A DNA stretch of 61,392 nt, the filler included, from Hausera hauseri (Eukaryota), in assembly GCA_046269625.1 (NCBI GenBank). It is 7 parts of 7 records of this genome, joined end to end, with 100 filler letters (N's around TTAATTAATTAA, not from the genome) between each part and the next. Parts side by side here need not be neighbours in the genome. Positions count along the whole stretch, not along the records: positions 12,450 to 33,660 come from JBJURY010066660.1; 6 more parts are not named here. One strand, written 5' to 3'. Both the position numbers and the translations under genes were made by a program. A model generated the notes under the pieces. The model saw only the letters and a program-made list of their open reading frames with translations, was not told the DNA's origin and made no database searches. Positions 13,298 to 23,463 of this stretch are shown here, piece by piece; position 1 is the stretch's first letter, and the number at the start of each line of letters is the position of its first letter.

Positions 13298-16200
13298 ATG
13301 TATTCGGAGGTCATAGAAAATGACTGTAGGCTAAATCAGGAAATCTTAAGAACCAAATTGGCTCTAATCACATCAAATCCAGATATGTTGGTTCCAGCAT
13401 TACCCTTAGCAGAAGGAATGTTTGGAAGAGTGATTGGCGAAACTCTGTTAACCTTCATGTGCCAAAAACTTGAAGTAAATCTAGCTACTGATAGATCAGA
13501 ATTAACAACATGCACATCCGAAATTCCAGTCAAGTTAAACAATGAAATAAGATTGGTAACACCAATAACACGAATTCTTCTACCAAGGGAAACCAAACCC
13601 ACTATTATTCAAAATTGTTCAGGACTAATAAAGCCTAGGATAAAATATAATGATCAAGGTCAATGGGTACAACTACCTGATAGTACTATAGTCCAAACAC
13701 CATTAAAAATAACGATGACATCCTTAAAATACGCTGTCGATATAAACTTATTCCAGGATACAGCGAACGTAGGATTATATGGACCAAACGAGTTAAATAC
13801 ATTCATAAAACAAATCATGTTCCCTATAATGAGGGAACAGGAATTCAATCGAGTAGGGCATGCAGTCCTAATGAGTGGAACATCATCCAGAGACTATAGC
13901 AAAGGATGGCAAAGTGTTCTAGATCCTGATCTACAAGAAAGAACCATAAAAAAGGTTTTTGGTATAATATTTGGACATTTTCAGTGGCTTGGTAATATAG
14001 CCTCCACTATATTAGTTTTTTACTATGGATTCGTAATACTTAAAAATGGATGTATGACATGTGTAGATGCATATTCCATATACGCCATAACTGGATGTAC
14101 CTGGAAAATATTGGCCGCTCTACTAAAACCAATAGCTAGAATTTTTATGGTGCGGCAAGAAAATAAATGGAAACAAGGAATTGAACAACACGTGAACTAC
14201 ATTCCACCTAATCGAAGACGTCATAATGGAAAACCTCCAAAACCACCTAAACGAACAACAAGCACCTTAAGAGGAAGTTTAAATGATTTAAGAAAGAGAG
14301 TCAAAAGTTTTATATCACAGAATCCAGAAAATGTTTACGACAAAGTACAACCAAAAGTGTACAATCCTAAATGGCCGAGTCCGTCACTGTCATATCGTGC
14401 AATGATAAAAGCTAAACAGGATATCTGTACAGCACCTCCCGAATACCAATCGGATATGTCAGGAAGAATGCTGTATTCTCCAAGAAGATCAACATCGCCC
14501 CTTCAGAATATACCATTAATGAATCCAGAATTAACACGAATGTTACAAGAAAAAAGAACCGTTGAGTTACAACAGTCTATATCAAGAAGTATTGATGATA
14601 TATCGATCCATGATCCATATGATCAGCGAGAGAAATACCTAAAGTTGTCGGTATTAAAAACATCGGGTCCTCAATATCCTATGGACCAACTAAAAGAAAT
14701 AAAAGAAATACAAGATGAAACCCATCATCCTAATGTTACTGTTTTTGGTACTAACAATTTTACAATATCAACATTAGATGACGAAGTTTTAGATCCTCGA
14801 TTAAATCAAACAATTCGTCGAAAGGTTGATAAAAGACCAAGAACATTAATTAAAGTAGGAAATATCATGTTAAAAGCTCTGATAGATACAGGAGCAGCAA
14901 TATCCGTAATAAAAGAAAATTTAATTCCAGAAGATAAGAAACATGAGTTAATAATTCCAGAAATCCCGACAATAGGTAGAAGCATATTTGGCACTACTCA
15001 ATCTCCAATAGCTTATTGGGAAACAGGTATAATCATATATGGTGAATACGTTAAAGTTAAATTCAGAGTAATGAAAGAATTAGCCGATGAAGTCGTCATT
15101 GGAATGGATGTATTGTCAGAATTGAAAGACATGGTTATCAATTTAGCAGATGGACAATGCAAACCATATAAAAGCGTAAAATTACCTGAAGGCTATAAAC
15201 CTAATACAGTATGGATGGATTGTGATGAAGATATCCCGGAATTTACAGAAGTAGTCTTGTTCGCAAGTACAGCGATAAATGATGAAGAATCAGACTTTTA
15301 TTTTAAACCCAAACTTCAGCACGAAACTAACTTGATAATGATGCCATCCGTTAGTAAAATAGTTGATAATAAAATTCCAGTTCGAATATTGAACACTACT
15401 GTCAAACCCCTATGGATAAGGAAGAACCAAAGACTTGGCGAAATAGTAGCTTCAGTTACTGAAGCAATAGAAGAAATCCATAAATCAAAGGAATATGTGC
15501 TATTACCCAAATTGAGCGATACATATTTAAATCTCCAACAGTATGCTGAATTAAGTATTAAAGTATTAAAATATGAAGATGTTTTTGCCAAAAATGAAGA
15601 CGAATTAGGAAAACTCAAAGATTATCATATGACTATCAAATTAAAGAAAGATCCAGAAACAGGATGTGAAATCGATCTTGCAGATCAACCACAACCTAAA
15701 TACTATCTACCACCAGAGTCAGTAAGACAGGATTTAGACGAGGAAATTAAAAGACTCCTAAAGTTAAAAATAATCGAAAAATGCAATGCGCCTTGGGTAT
15801 CACCTACCCTAATGGTACCAAAAAAGAACACAACCAAAAAACGATTGTGTATTGATTTTAGACACATTAATAAATACATCATAAGTGATACATATCCATT
15901 ACCCAAGATAAAGGAAATTATTGAAAAATTAAAGGAAAGTGAATTCTATGTTACTATCGATTTCCAATGTGGTTTTTGGCATGTTAAAGTTGCCAAAGAA
16001 GATAGATATAAAACTGCTTTTCGAGTACCACGAGGTATATACCAATTCAAACGAATGCCTTTTGGATTGAAGATAGCTCCATCAGTTTTCCAAAGACTGA
16101 TGACACAAATATTAATAGAGGAAAATAATCCAGGAGTAAAAATGCCTAACTTTGAAGGAGACATGGTTTATATCGATGACTTAGTTCTAACAGGAAAATC

Positions 16201-19200
16201 CTTTGAACAACTACTAGAAAAAGTAGTAGAAAAGCTAGAAAAGTGTAGGAAGACGGGATTAAAGATAAACCCTAAAAAATGTAAATGGTTCAAACAAACC
16301 ATAATTTATTTGGGTTTTAAAATATCTAAGAAAGGCATAGAGACTACAGAAGAAATAATCCAAAAGGTTATCGAATATCCTGAACCTAGAAATAAAAAAG
16401 AATTACAAGGATGGTTAGGATTAGTTGGTTTCTATGCAGACTTCATAGAGAACTATGCACAAGTAAACGAATCTTTATATCAATTACTAAAGAAAAAAGT
16501 AAATTGGGAATGGACTCAAGAAAGGCAAGATGCTTTTGATCATATGAAAAAACTGCTCACGTCAGCACCTATTTTGCAATATCCTGATTATGACTATCCC
16601 TTTATCATTAAAACAGACGCAAGTGGAAAGGGATTAGGATATATATTAGCACAACAATTTGTAAACGAACCTACTGAACATGTAGTAGTATACGGTGCTA
16701 GATCATTAAAACCCGCAGAAACGCGATATCAAGCTACCGAATTAGAACTATTGGCAGTGAAAGAAGCTTTGAGACATTTTTGTTACTATATCTATGGCCG
16801 GAAAGTCATCCTTTATACAGACCATCAGGCCTTATTAAATAAAAAATTCAGTCCAGAAATAACCAAGAGAATGAATAAATGGTTAGCCTATATAAAAGAT
16901 TTTAATATAGAATTCAGGTATAGGCCAGGAAAGCAGAATACTGATGTGGATGCATTATCAAGAATGCCCTTCAATGTATCATCAGTTGAAGAAGTTGATA
17001 ACGAATTCAATGTTATGTTACAGAAATATAGAGAGATAAACACAGCAGCTATTGCCGAAAAACAAGTAAAAGATGTTCAAACCAATTATATAGTAGAATA
17101 TGTAAAAACGAGAAAAATGCCACAACACGATCAAATAACTAAATATCTCAAAAAACATGGAATGCAATTTATATTAGACCAAGAGATATTAAAATATAAT
17201 CAGGATGGACGACTACTGGTAGTAGTACCAAAATGTTTAAGAAATGCAGTTATGTGGCAAGAACATGATGCTAATATGGCGGGTCACCCGTCTAGCAGAA
17301 AAACGAAAAAGAGGATAAAGTTGAAATATTATTGGCCAACCCTAGAAGTAGATGTACAAAACTGGGTAGACGAATGTAAAATGTGCGCTACCATAAAAAA
17401 TAAAGGAGAACGTTTTAAGCCACCATTGAAACTTATCCCTGAACCTAATAGCCCTATGGAATTCTGTGCTATGGATTTCTCGGGGCCATTTCCTCTCACA
17501 CATAATGGAAATAAGTTTATTTTGTTATGTACTGATTATCTCACAAGTTACTCTATCCTAATTCCAACTAAAGATTTACTAGCAATAACAGTGGCCAAAG
17601 AATTTATCAATAATATACTTTGTCAATTTGGAGCACCACGCTATCTACTAACAGATAGAGCCCCAAATTTTAGAAGCCAATTACTAAGAGAAATAACTGA
17701 CATATGTCAAACTAAGCGATTGCTAACCACAGCATATCATCCGCAATGTAATGGAAAAGTAGAACGATTAAATTATACCGTACAGTGTCTCCTGTCAACT
17801 ATGATAGATAAATCTCAGAAGGATTGGGATGAACATTTAAAAGTAGTTCAATTTGCAATAGCGACCACACCGACATCTAGTAAGTATACACCGTTTGAAT
17901 TACTTTATGGTAGAAAACCCCTTTTACCATTAGATATACAGCTCTTGCCAGAAAAGGATATTCCTATCAATACAGATGAAGAAGTTATCCATGCAGGTGT
18001 TGTGCATAGTCTTGCTAATTATTGGATAAGAGCTAAACATGCCATACGTGAATACAAAGCAAGTTATAAAGAACAATATGATAAGAAAAGTAATCCTCAT
18101 AATTTTCAACCGGGTGATAAAGTCATGATACACTATCCCGTTGCCAAACCAGGCAAGTCCTTAAAACTAACTAGAACTGGTAAAGGACCATATCTAGTTG
18201 TAAAAGCAACTCCAGAAAATGTCTTTATAGAAAAAGGTACTGGTAAGAAAACCAGAATAGAGTGTGTATCTGTACAGAGAGTGACTAAAGGACCGAAAGA
18301 ATCTACACCTCAACAAGAGCCTAAATATTCGCTGAGATCATACAAAAAGACTACTATTAAACCAGCTTGTAGCCTGGAAGAATTATTATTTTTAGTAGTA
18401 ATTTTCGGATTAATTTTATCAACAGCAAGTCAAACGTTGGTAACTGAACCAGTGAATGCAAACCTAGACTTAAAAATCAAAATCATTTGGAAATATGAAC
18501 CTTATCTGATAGATTGTCTACTCGAAGGAGAACCTGTATTTTCAAAAATAGGATACTTAATGATCCCACCTAGTAAACAGGATATATGGTTACTTACAAA
18601 AAGATGTAAGGTACCCCTTATGAATGAAGTATGCATACTACAACTTTATTACCTTCCAGTGAATGGTATATTGGCTAAAGAAAATGAATTTGAGCCGATA
18701 GCCAGACAAGTGCATGTAGAAAAGATAGGTCAATCTTTTTTCTTTACTCAAGATAAAGATATTGAACCTAGACTTATAGATAAAGTCGATCTAAAAAGAC
18801 CTACGTTAAATTCAGACGTTGATTTACAAATAACTTATTATTTTCCAAAATTTCTTATGCACACTTCAGGCAAAAAAGCCCTACACTATCATATTCAAAT
18901 GTCAGTTCCACAATTTTTCGAAATTTCAGTTCTAACAACCAGTCCAACCACTAGAATCAAAACTACAGTCGTAATAAATAGAAAAGTCTTGCGGATTAAA
19001 CCACAAGCTCTACAAAAAATACCATCAATTTCAAATGTAATTAAAGATACGTACATCGAGTTTAAAACCCTAAGTCCAGCTACTCAACCGATACAGATAT
19101 CATGCATAGGAAAATATCATATCATGTATTCGGTAATCAAGGAAAAAGAAAGAACTACAAGATGTTCTGAACTTCAACCTGATGAAGAGTATTTAGTAAT

Positions 19201-21844
19201 TTTTACACAAGAAGGTAAACAAACCATGCATAATAAAATTAGGACTCAAACTAAAATATACTCATCTAAAAACATACCATACCAACCAATATATCTAACA
19301 ACGACATATATTGACGATACAATATATGAACCAAATATGCTAAAAACTATAATACCGTTTATAGTAATATTGACATTTTTGCTAATTATCACAACACCAT
19401 TTACCATTCGACAGTTATTGGTATGGAAGAGAAAAAGAAATATAATAAGGAACCAGAGAAAACAATTACAGATCCTCACGAGAAAAATTAACACAAATAA
19501 AAGAACTGCAAGTCATGTGCAGTTAAACCTAATCAATACGAAAATGCAACCTTTAATAACGACAATGTTTGTTATGTGTTGTTTACAAGTAACAAATGTT
19601 TCTATGATGACTGTGGAATTGACAGAATTAAGCATAAGAGAACTAAAGCTAACTACGATCTCTAAAGATGTAGGACGCTTACATGTCCCAACTAGAAATC
19701 TCTTTAACCAACCAAAGATTGAAAGTTCATATGAACAACCAATAAAAATCTATCAACCTACACAAACCGATTTCGTACAAAAACGAAATCAAACATTAAT
19801 ATTTTCTTTTAGAATACAACTCGACCAAATGGCACACTTCCAAATCGATCTGGACGATTCCGACGCCGATTCAGATACCTCAGTACAAACTGTGGTCCCT
19901 AACCCTAAACGAAGGGTTATACCACCCAACCAAGAATTAAGATTTTCAAATCCAACATTTGGACCACCAATGGTACGTGGAATATTACAATATCCACCAC
20001 AATCAATTCCTTCAATTTTACCAAAACAACTAAAATCAGTTGTTGAAATAAGAAGACCACCACCAGATTTTTCAGAAATACCATCAGAAAAGAAGCAGAA
20101 ATACCAGGAATTAAAAACAAGTATGGATAAAAATCTGGTCGAAAGCCGAGAAGAAAAAATCAAGAACAAAACTTGGGAAGAATTATTACAAAAACATATA
20201 GTCCTACACGAAGGACCAAAAAATCGATTCTCTTCCAAGTTCTATAAAACTATTTTGCAACTCTCAGAGCAAAATTCAGATATATTTTTTCCAGAAGCCA
20301 AATTTTTGGATAATCAACTCAAAGAATCAACATATCACAATCGCAGTTTCCGAATAATATCAATGGAAAAACCACACTACAACATTAGCCTCCAACAGTT
20401 GCTAAAAATACAAGACAAATATGACTTCCTTTATATACATATTGCTCAAGGACAAATACAATTTATTTCTGGAAATGATAATTATTCTTCCAGTAACAAG
20501 GACAAATCAATCAAATCTGCCTATGCCACTATGGAAATCTCTCACTTAGCAATGAGAACTCCTATTCATTACAGAATAATTACTACACCGGCAGTATTAG
20601 CATTTGAGATAGTCTCTAAAGAAGATATGCTAATCGGACTGCAACCACCGTTGTTTTACGCGTCACCAGATTTCCAGAATACTAATAATTTTCAACTAAC
20701 AACAGTTGTTAATTATAGGTATTTGGCAGCCTCATTTGCCTATGGAGTAAATGGAAAGCCTATACCAATTGAAGTCACGATCGCAGATGAAAAGAAGTTG
20801 CTGATATATCATGCATTTAGTAATCCTAGAACAAGGATATCCAATACTAATGAGCATCATCATGGAATAACATTAACTCTCATGATGCAAGCAGAAGATG
20901 AAGAAGTCGTTCGTCAGGAAATAATCAAATACCTATTCGGATACACTGTAATATCAGTCAATACAGTGGCTTTATTAAAAGCATTACGGATTCCTATTGA
21001 ATTTCTGCATGGAATAATTGACTTATTGGCTTTATCCAATACAAAGGATCGGTTTCATGAGATAGGACTACAAAAAGTCAATCTCACTCAATTACCTCAA
21101 GCATATGGAATCAAAGAACACTTTCTGAAGCAGGCCGAATCAGTATTACAAATGATCATGCAAATTCATGGGCTGATCACTGAAAATTGTTCAAACGAAA
21201 AATTAGCATTACAATGGACATCGCTACCAAATAATTTAGTTCATAACGGTTCCTTTCAGAAAATTCCTGAAAAATATCATATTGATTATAAACAAGAAGC
21301 CATACAAAACGACACACCAAGTGTGTTTGATCAAATAAAAAAACAAACAGACATGATAATGAAAAAACTCGAGAAGGAACGACAAGAAATACAACATATT
21401 GGAAAAAAGTTATCAATTCTTTTATACGGAGGAAAAATTAGGACAGTGAATGTATTTTATATACAACAGCCAAAATCAAAGATTACAACTAAAAAACAGT
21501 TGTATCCACATCCTGATTTCGGAAAACTTGTGGCCATAATATATAAAAGCTCCGAATATCAAACCTTACATATGGCTGGTATTGGATACCAAGCAGAAAT
21601 CCTCAGGGAATTGGATGAAGAGACCATTACCACTATGCAACCTATTCCAATTCAGATGGACCTAACCCCCATCCCTAAACCAAGGGGGGGAAAACCCTTA
21701 ATGCTCAATAATACCAACAAAGCAAACCTTCGAATGATTCTGTATTCGTCGCCGAATGGATACATATTGGAAAATCTCTATGGTATCCAGACAACAGAAC
21801 AGTTACCAGAAATGCAATCCAGTGACATTGTGATCCAGCTATGA
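13298..21844 (+). CDS. Polyprotein C-terminal 2848 aa: glycoprotein C-half + TM, PR, RT, RNase H, IN, second signal/ectodomain/TM, unknown domain, dead DEDDh exonuclease
   Basis: TM ~13955-14045; PR LIDTGA (DTG 14885); RT YIDD (16169); RH TDAS..ELELLA..YTDH..DALSR; IN HHCC (17264-17386) and D-D35-E core (MDFSGP, LTDRA, KVER); GPY 18185; hydrophobic segments 18374-18433 and 19346-19408. Confidence 0.95.
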   Translation: MYSEVIENDCRLNQEILRTKLALITSNPDMLVPALPLAEGMFGRVIGETLLTFMCQKLEVNLATDRSELTTCTSEIPVKLNNEIRLVTPITRILLPRETKPTIIQNCSGLIKPRIKYNDQGQWVQLPDSTIVQTPLKITMTSLKYAVDINLFQDTANVGLYGPNELNTFIKQIMFPIMREQEFNRVGHAVLMSGTSSRDYSKGWQSVLDPDLQERTIKKVFGIIFGHFQWLGNIASTILVFYYGFVILKNGCMTCVDAYSIYAITGCTWKILAALLKPIARIFMVRQENKWKQGIEQHVNYIPPNRRRHNGKPPKPPKRTTSTLRGSLNDLRKRVKSFISQNPENVYDKVQPKVYNPKWPSPSLSYRAMIKAKQDICTAPPEYQSDMSGRMLYSPRRSTSPLQNIPLMNPELTRMLQEKRTVELQQSISRSIDDISIHDPYDQREKYLKLSVLKTSGPQYPMDQLKEIKEIQDETHHPNVTVFGTNNFTISTLDDEVLDPRLNQTIRRKVDKRPRTLIKVGNIMLKALIDTGAAISVIKENLIPEDKKHELIIPEIPTIGRSIFGTTQSPIAYWETGIIIYGEYVKVKFRVMKELADEVVIGMDVLSELKDMVINLADGQCKPYKSVKLPEGYKPNTVWMDCDEDIPEFTEVVLFASTAINDEESDFYFKPKLQHETNLIMMPSVSKIVDNKIPVRILNTTVKPLWIRKNQRLGEIVASVTEAIEEIHKSKEYVLLPKLSDTYLNLQQYAELSIKVLKYEDVFAKNEDELGKLKDYHMTIKLKKDPETGCEIDLADQPQPKYYLPPESVRQDLDEEIKRLLKLKIIEKCNAPWVSPTLMVPKKNTTKKRLCIDFRHINKYIISDTYPLPKIKEIIEKLKESEFYVTIDFQCGFWHVKVAKEDRYKTAFRVPRGIYQFKRMPFGLKIAPSVFQRLMTQILIEENNPGVKMPNFEGDMVYIDDLVLTGKSFEQLLEKVVEKLEKCRKTGLKINPKKCKWFKQTIIYLGFKISKKGIETTEEIIQKVIEYPEPRNKKELQGWLGLVGFYADFIENYAQVNESLYQLLKKKVNWEWTQERQDAFDHMKKLLTSAPILQYPDYDYPFIIKTDASGKGLGYILAQQFVNEPTEHVVVYGARSLKPAETRYQATELELLAVKEALRHFCYYIYGRKVILYTDHQALLNKKFSPEITKRMNKWLAYIKDFNIEFRYRPGKQNTDVDALSRMPFNVSSVEEVDNEFNVMLQKYREINTAAIAEKQVKDVQTNYIVEYVKTRKMPQHDQITKYLKKHGMQFILDQEILKYNQDGRLLVVVPKCLRNAVMWQEHDANMAGHPSSRKTKKRIKLKYYWPTLEVDVQNWVDECKMCATIKNKGERFKPPLKLIPEPNSPMEFCAMDFSGPFPLTHNGNKFILLCTDYLTSYSILIPTKDLLAITVAKEFINNILCQFGAPRYLLTDRAPNFRSQLLREITDICQTKRLLTTAYHPQCNGKVERLNYTVQCLLSTMIDKSQKDWDEHLKVVQFAIATTPTSSKYTPFELLYGRKPLLPLDIQLLPEKDIPINTDEEVIHAGVVHSLANYWIRAKHAIREYKASYKEQYDKKSNPHNFQPGDKVMIHYPVAKPGKSLKLTRTGKGPYLVVKATPENVFIEKGTGKKTRIECVSVQRVTKGPKESTPQQEPKYSLRSYKKTTIKPACSLEELLFLVVIFGLILSTASQTLVTEPVNANLDLKIKIIWKYEPYLIDCLLEGEPVFSKIGYLMIPPSKQDIWLLTKRCKVPLMNEVCILQLYYLPVNGILAKENEFEPIARQVHVEKIGQSFFFTQDKDIEPRLIDKVDLKRPTLNSDVDLQITYYFPKFLMHTSGKKALHYHIQMSVPQFFEISVLTTSPTTRIKTTVVINRKVLRIKPQALQKIPSISNVIKDTYIEFKTLSPATQPIQISCIGKYHIMYSVIKEKERTTRCSELQPDEEYLVIFTQEGKQTMHNKIRTQTKIYSSKNIPYQPIYLTTTYIDDTIYEPNMLKTIIPFIVILTFLLIITTPFTIRQLLVWKRKRNIIRNQRKQLQILTRKINTNKRTASHVQLNLINTKMQPLITTMFVMCCLQVTNVSMMTVELTELSIRELKLTTISKDVGRLHVPTRNLFNQPKIESSYEQPIKIYQPTQTDFVQKRNQTLIFSFRIQLDQMAHFQIDLDDSDADSDTSVQTVVPNPKRRVIPPNQELRFSNPTFGPPMVRGILQYPPQSIPSILPKQLKSVVEIRRPPPDFSEIPSEKKQKYQELKTSMDKNLVESREEKIKNKTWEELLQKHIVLHEGPKNRFSSKFYKTILQLSEQNSDIFFPEAKFLDNQLKESTYHNRSFRIISMEKPHYNISLQQLLKIQDKYDFLYIHIAQGQIQFISGNDNYSSSNKDKSIKSAYATMEISHLAMRTPIHYRIITTPAVLAFEIVSKEDMLIGLQPPLFYASPDFQNTNNFQLTTVVNYRYLAASFAYGVNGKPIPIEVTIADEKKLLIYHAFSNPRTRISNTNEHHHGITLTLMMQAEDEEVVRQEIIKYLFGYTVISVNTVALLKALRIPIEFLHGIIDLLALSNTKDRFHEIGLQKVNLTQLPQAYGIKEHFLKQAESVLQMIMQIHGLITENCSNEKLALQWTSLPNNLVHNGSFQKIPEKYHIDYKQEAIQNDTPSVFDQIKKQTDMIMKKLEKERQEIQHIGKKLSILLYGGKIRTVNVFYIQQPKSKITTKKQLYPHPDFGKLVAIIYKSSEYQTLHMAGIGYQAEILRELDEETITTMQPIPIQMDLTPIPKPRGGKPLMLNNTNKANLRMILYSSPNGYILENLYGIQTTEQLPEMQSSDIVIQL

Positions 21845-22130
21845 ACTTTGACTCGCTTAATCCTTTTTATTTTTGTGATACCACTTGCTTTTATATTATT
21901 AGTTTTCTCTGTCTTGTGTATTACATTAAACTTTACTCATCCTTACTAACTGAAAATTCTTAAGTGATTACTTTATTCATTTTATCACTTATGCTTCATT
22001 TTATTCAGTATATCATTTTCTTTTTGTATATCAATGTTTATCTTTTACCGTTTTTTGTTCTTTTTAGTAATGATTTGATCCGAAGATTGAATTTTGATTG
22101 ATAAATTTTTCTGAGGGAAAAATTTCTTTC

Positions 22131-22143
22131 GAGGAGGGAGAGA
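22131..22143 (+). promoter_or_regulatory. Polypurine tract
   Basis: GAGGAGGGAGAGA immediately before the TG at the LTR start. Confidence 0.85.
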
Positions 22144-22934
22144 TGTTGTGGAGATGTTAAGTAATTTAGAAGAATTTAAATATTAGAATGTTAAATATTT
22201 AAAATAATACAAAAACAAACTTAAAGATTACACAAAATTATTGATTTTAACAAGACATGATTTTAACAAACACAAATTAACCACGCATTTTATAGTAGAC
22301 CAACAAAGATCTAACATTAGGCTACTCACAGCCTTAATGCAAATTTTATGTTTTTATTTAATATTTTACATTTTTTACAATTACATAAAAGATTAAATTT
22401 AAAAGTTTAAAAGTACCATAACAGGTACTTGAGTTTTAGACTCATATTTGAGTCATTGATACCAAATTCTGTCAAAGGCCCCCAGAAAGTTACTAAACAA
22501 AGTAACTTCTGCGTGATGGTCATTCTAAACTTGGCAAAAACTATAGAAAAGGTCACTAAAACATCATGACCATAATACGTGATCAGCGTGATCACGCCAA
22601 CAAGCATTTTTAGACTATATAAACGAACGATTAGTTACAAACTCGCCATAATTTTTTAAGCCATTAAAAGTTTTCTAAACTATGCAGTGGATGCGTTAGT
22701 TTGGTTGACCAATATTAGGTCTCACTTCAAATCAATATTTTTGATTTTCTTTACCCTCGAAAGGTTTGTAAACCTTTGTGTTTATTCGAGGTAATTAAAT
22801 TCAAAGTTTGGTTCTAGGATCAAATCATTTAATTGGTAATTTTCTTTATTGTTTTTAATTGTTATATTTTAGAACTTTTACTATTTTGTTGTATTTTGAT
22901 AAATACAAAATTTGTTGTATCCGACCTGTTTTTG

Positions 22935-23204
22935 ATGCTTGGATTTTTTAAAGAAATTTTACAGAGATTTCGAAATCGGTTTCGTTCTAGGCATTATCAT
23001 CCGATAAGTTTTGGGCATTATCATCAGATAGATTCTGGGCGTTATCATCAGATAAATTCTGGGAATTATACATTATATTTTGACTCCGACCAAGACTTTT
23101 TGAAGATATTGGAAGCCTTCTGGGGAGAAACTAAATTGGATTTAGAAATTCATAAAGTGGAAAAAACAAAGGAGAAAATTTATATTTGGTGTAGACTTAA
23201 GTAA
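22935..23204 (+). CDS. Putative small LTR-encoded ORF (89 aa from ATG 22935) containing an 8-aa repeat
   Basis: Open frame 22833-23204 with an in-frame 24-bp repeat (RHYHPISF/GHYHQIDS/GRYHQINS). No recognisable homology. Confidence 0.35.
   Translation: MLGFFKEILQRFRNRFRSRHYHPISFGHYHQIDSGRYHQINSGNYTLYFDSDQDFLKILEAFWGETKLDLEIHKVEKTKEKIYIWCRLK
22985..23070 (+). repeat. 24-bp tandem repeat, 3.5 copies, inside the LTR
   Basis: ttctaggcattatcatccgataag / ttttgggcattatcatcagataga / ttctgggcgttatcatcagataaa / ttctgggaattata. Confidence 0.9.
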
Positions 23205-23463
23205 CTCGTCTTATTTATTTCTTCTTTGTAATTAAATTAAACTTATCCCAAAAAGTAACGCGCTTGGCAGTCTAGAGCAATTAGACTACGCCATTTCACA
23301 CAAAACTAATTAAAATCAAGTTTAGGAATAATTAATTTCTTTCTTGATTGTGGTAATTTTTCATCTAAACCTTACCAAAACACAAACAGTCATAAAGACA
23401 CTGGTGAAAGGATTTTTAATAATTTTGAAATTCTTTTTTAACCAATACCGAATCCGTAACATT

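Larger units (their letters stand above)
13270..23461 (+). mobile_element. Giant Gypsy-type LTR element copy 1 (5'-truncated inside the glycoprotein, intact 3' end with PPT and LTR)
   Basis: Homology to copy 2 begins abruptly at ~13270 (tttatcactacaaaa). The ORF runs to 21844, then 3' UTR, PPT and LTR. Confidence 0.92.
22144..23461 (+). repeat. LTR (1318 bp) shared by the two tandem copies
   Basis: Bounded by PPT and PBS. Termini TGTTGTGGA...TCCGTAACA form an imperfect inverted repeat (TG..CA). Candidate TATA box TATATAAA at 22616-22623. Only one LTR copy is in the window, so limits are inferred from PPT and PBS. Confidence 0.85.

Noticed and set aside
15200-15450. Possible dUTPase between PR and RT
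   Set aside because: Beta-rich pattern reminiscent of a dUTPase-like remnant (V.i.N......i.k..rlG), but none of the catalytic motifs are recognisable
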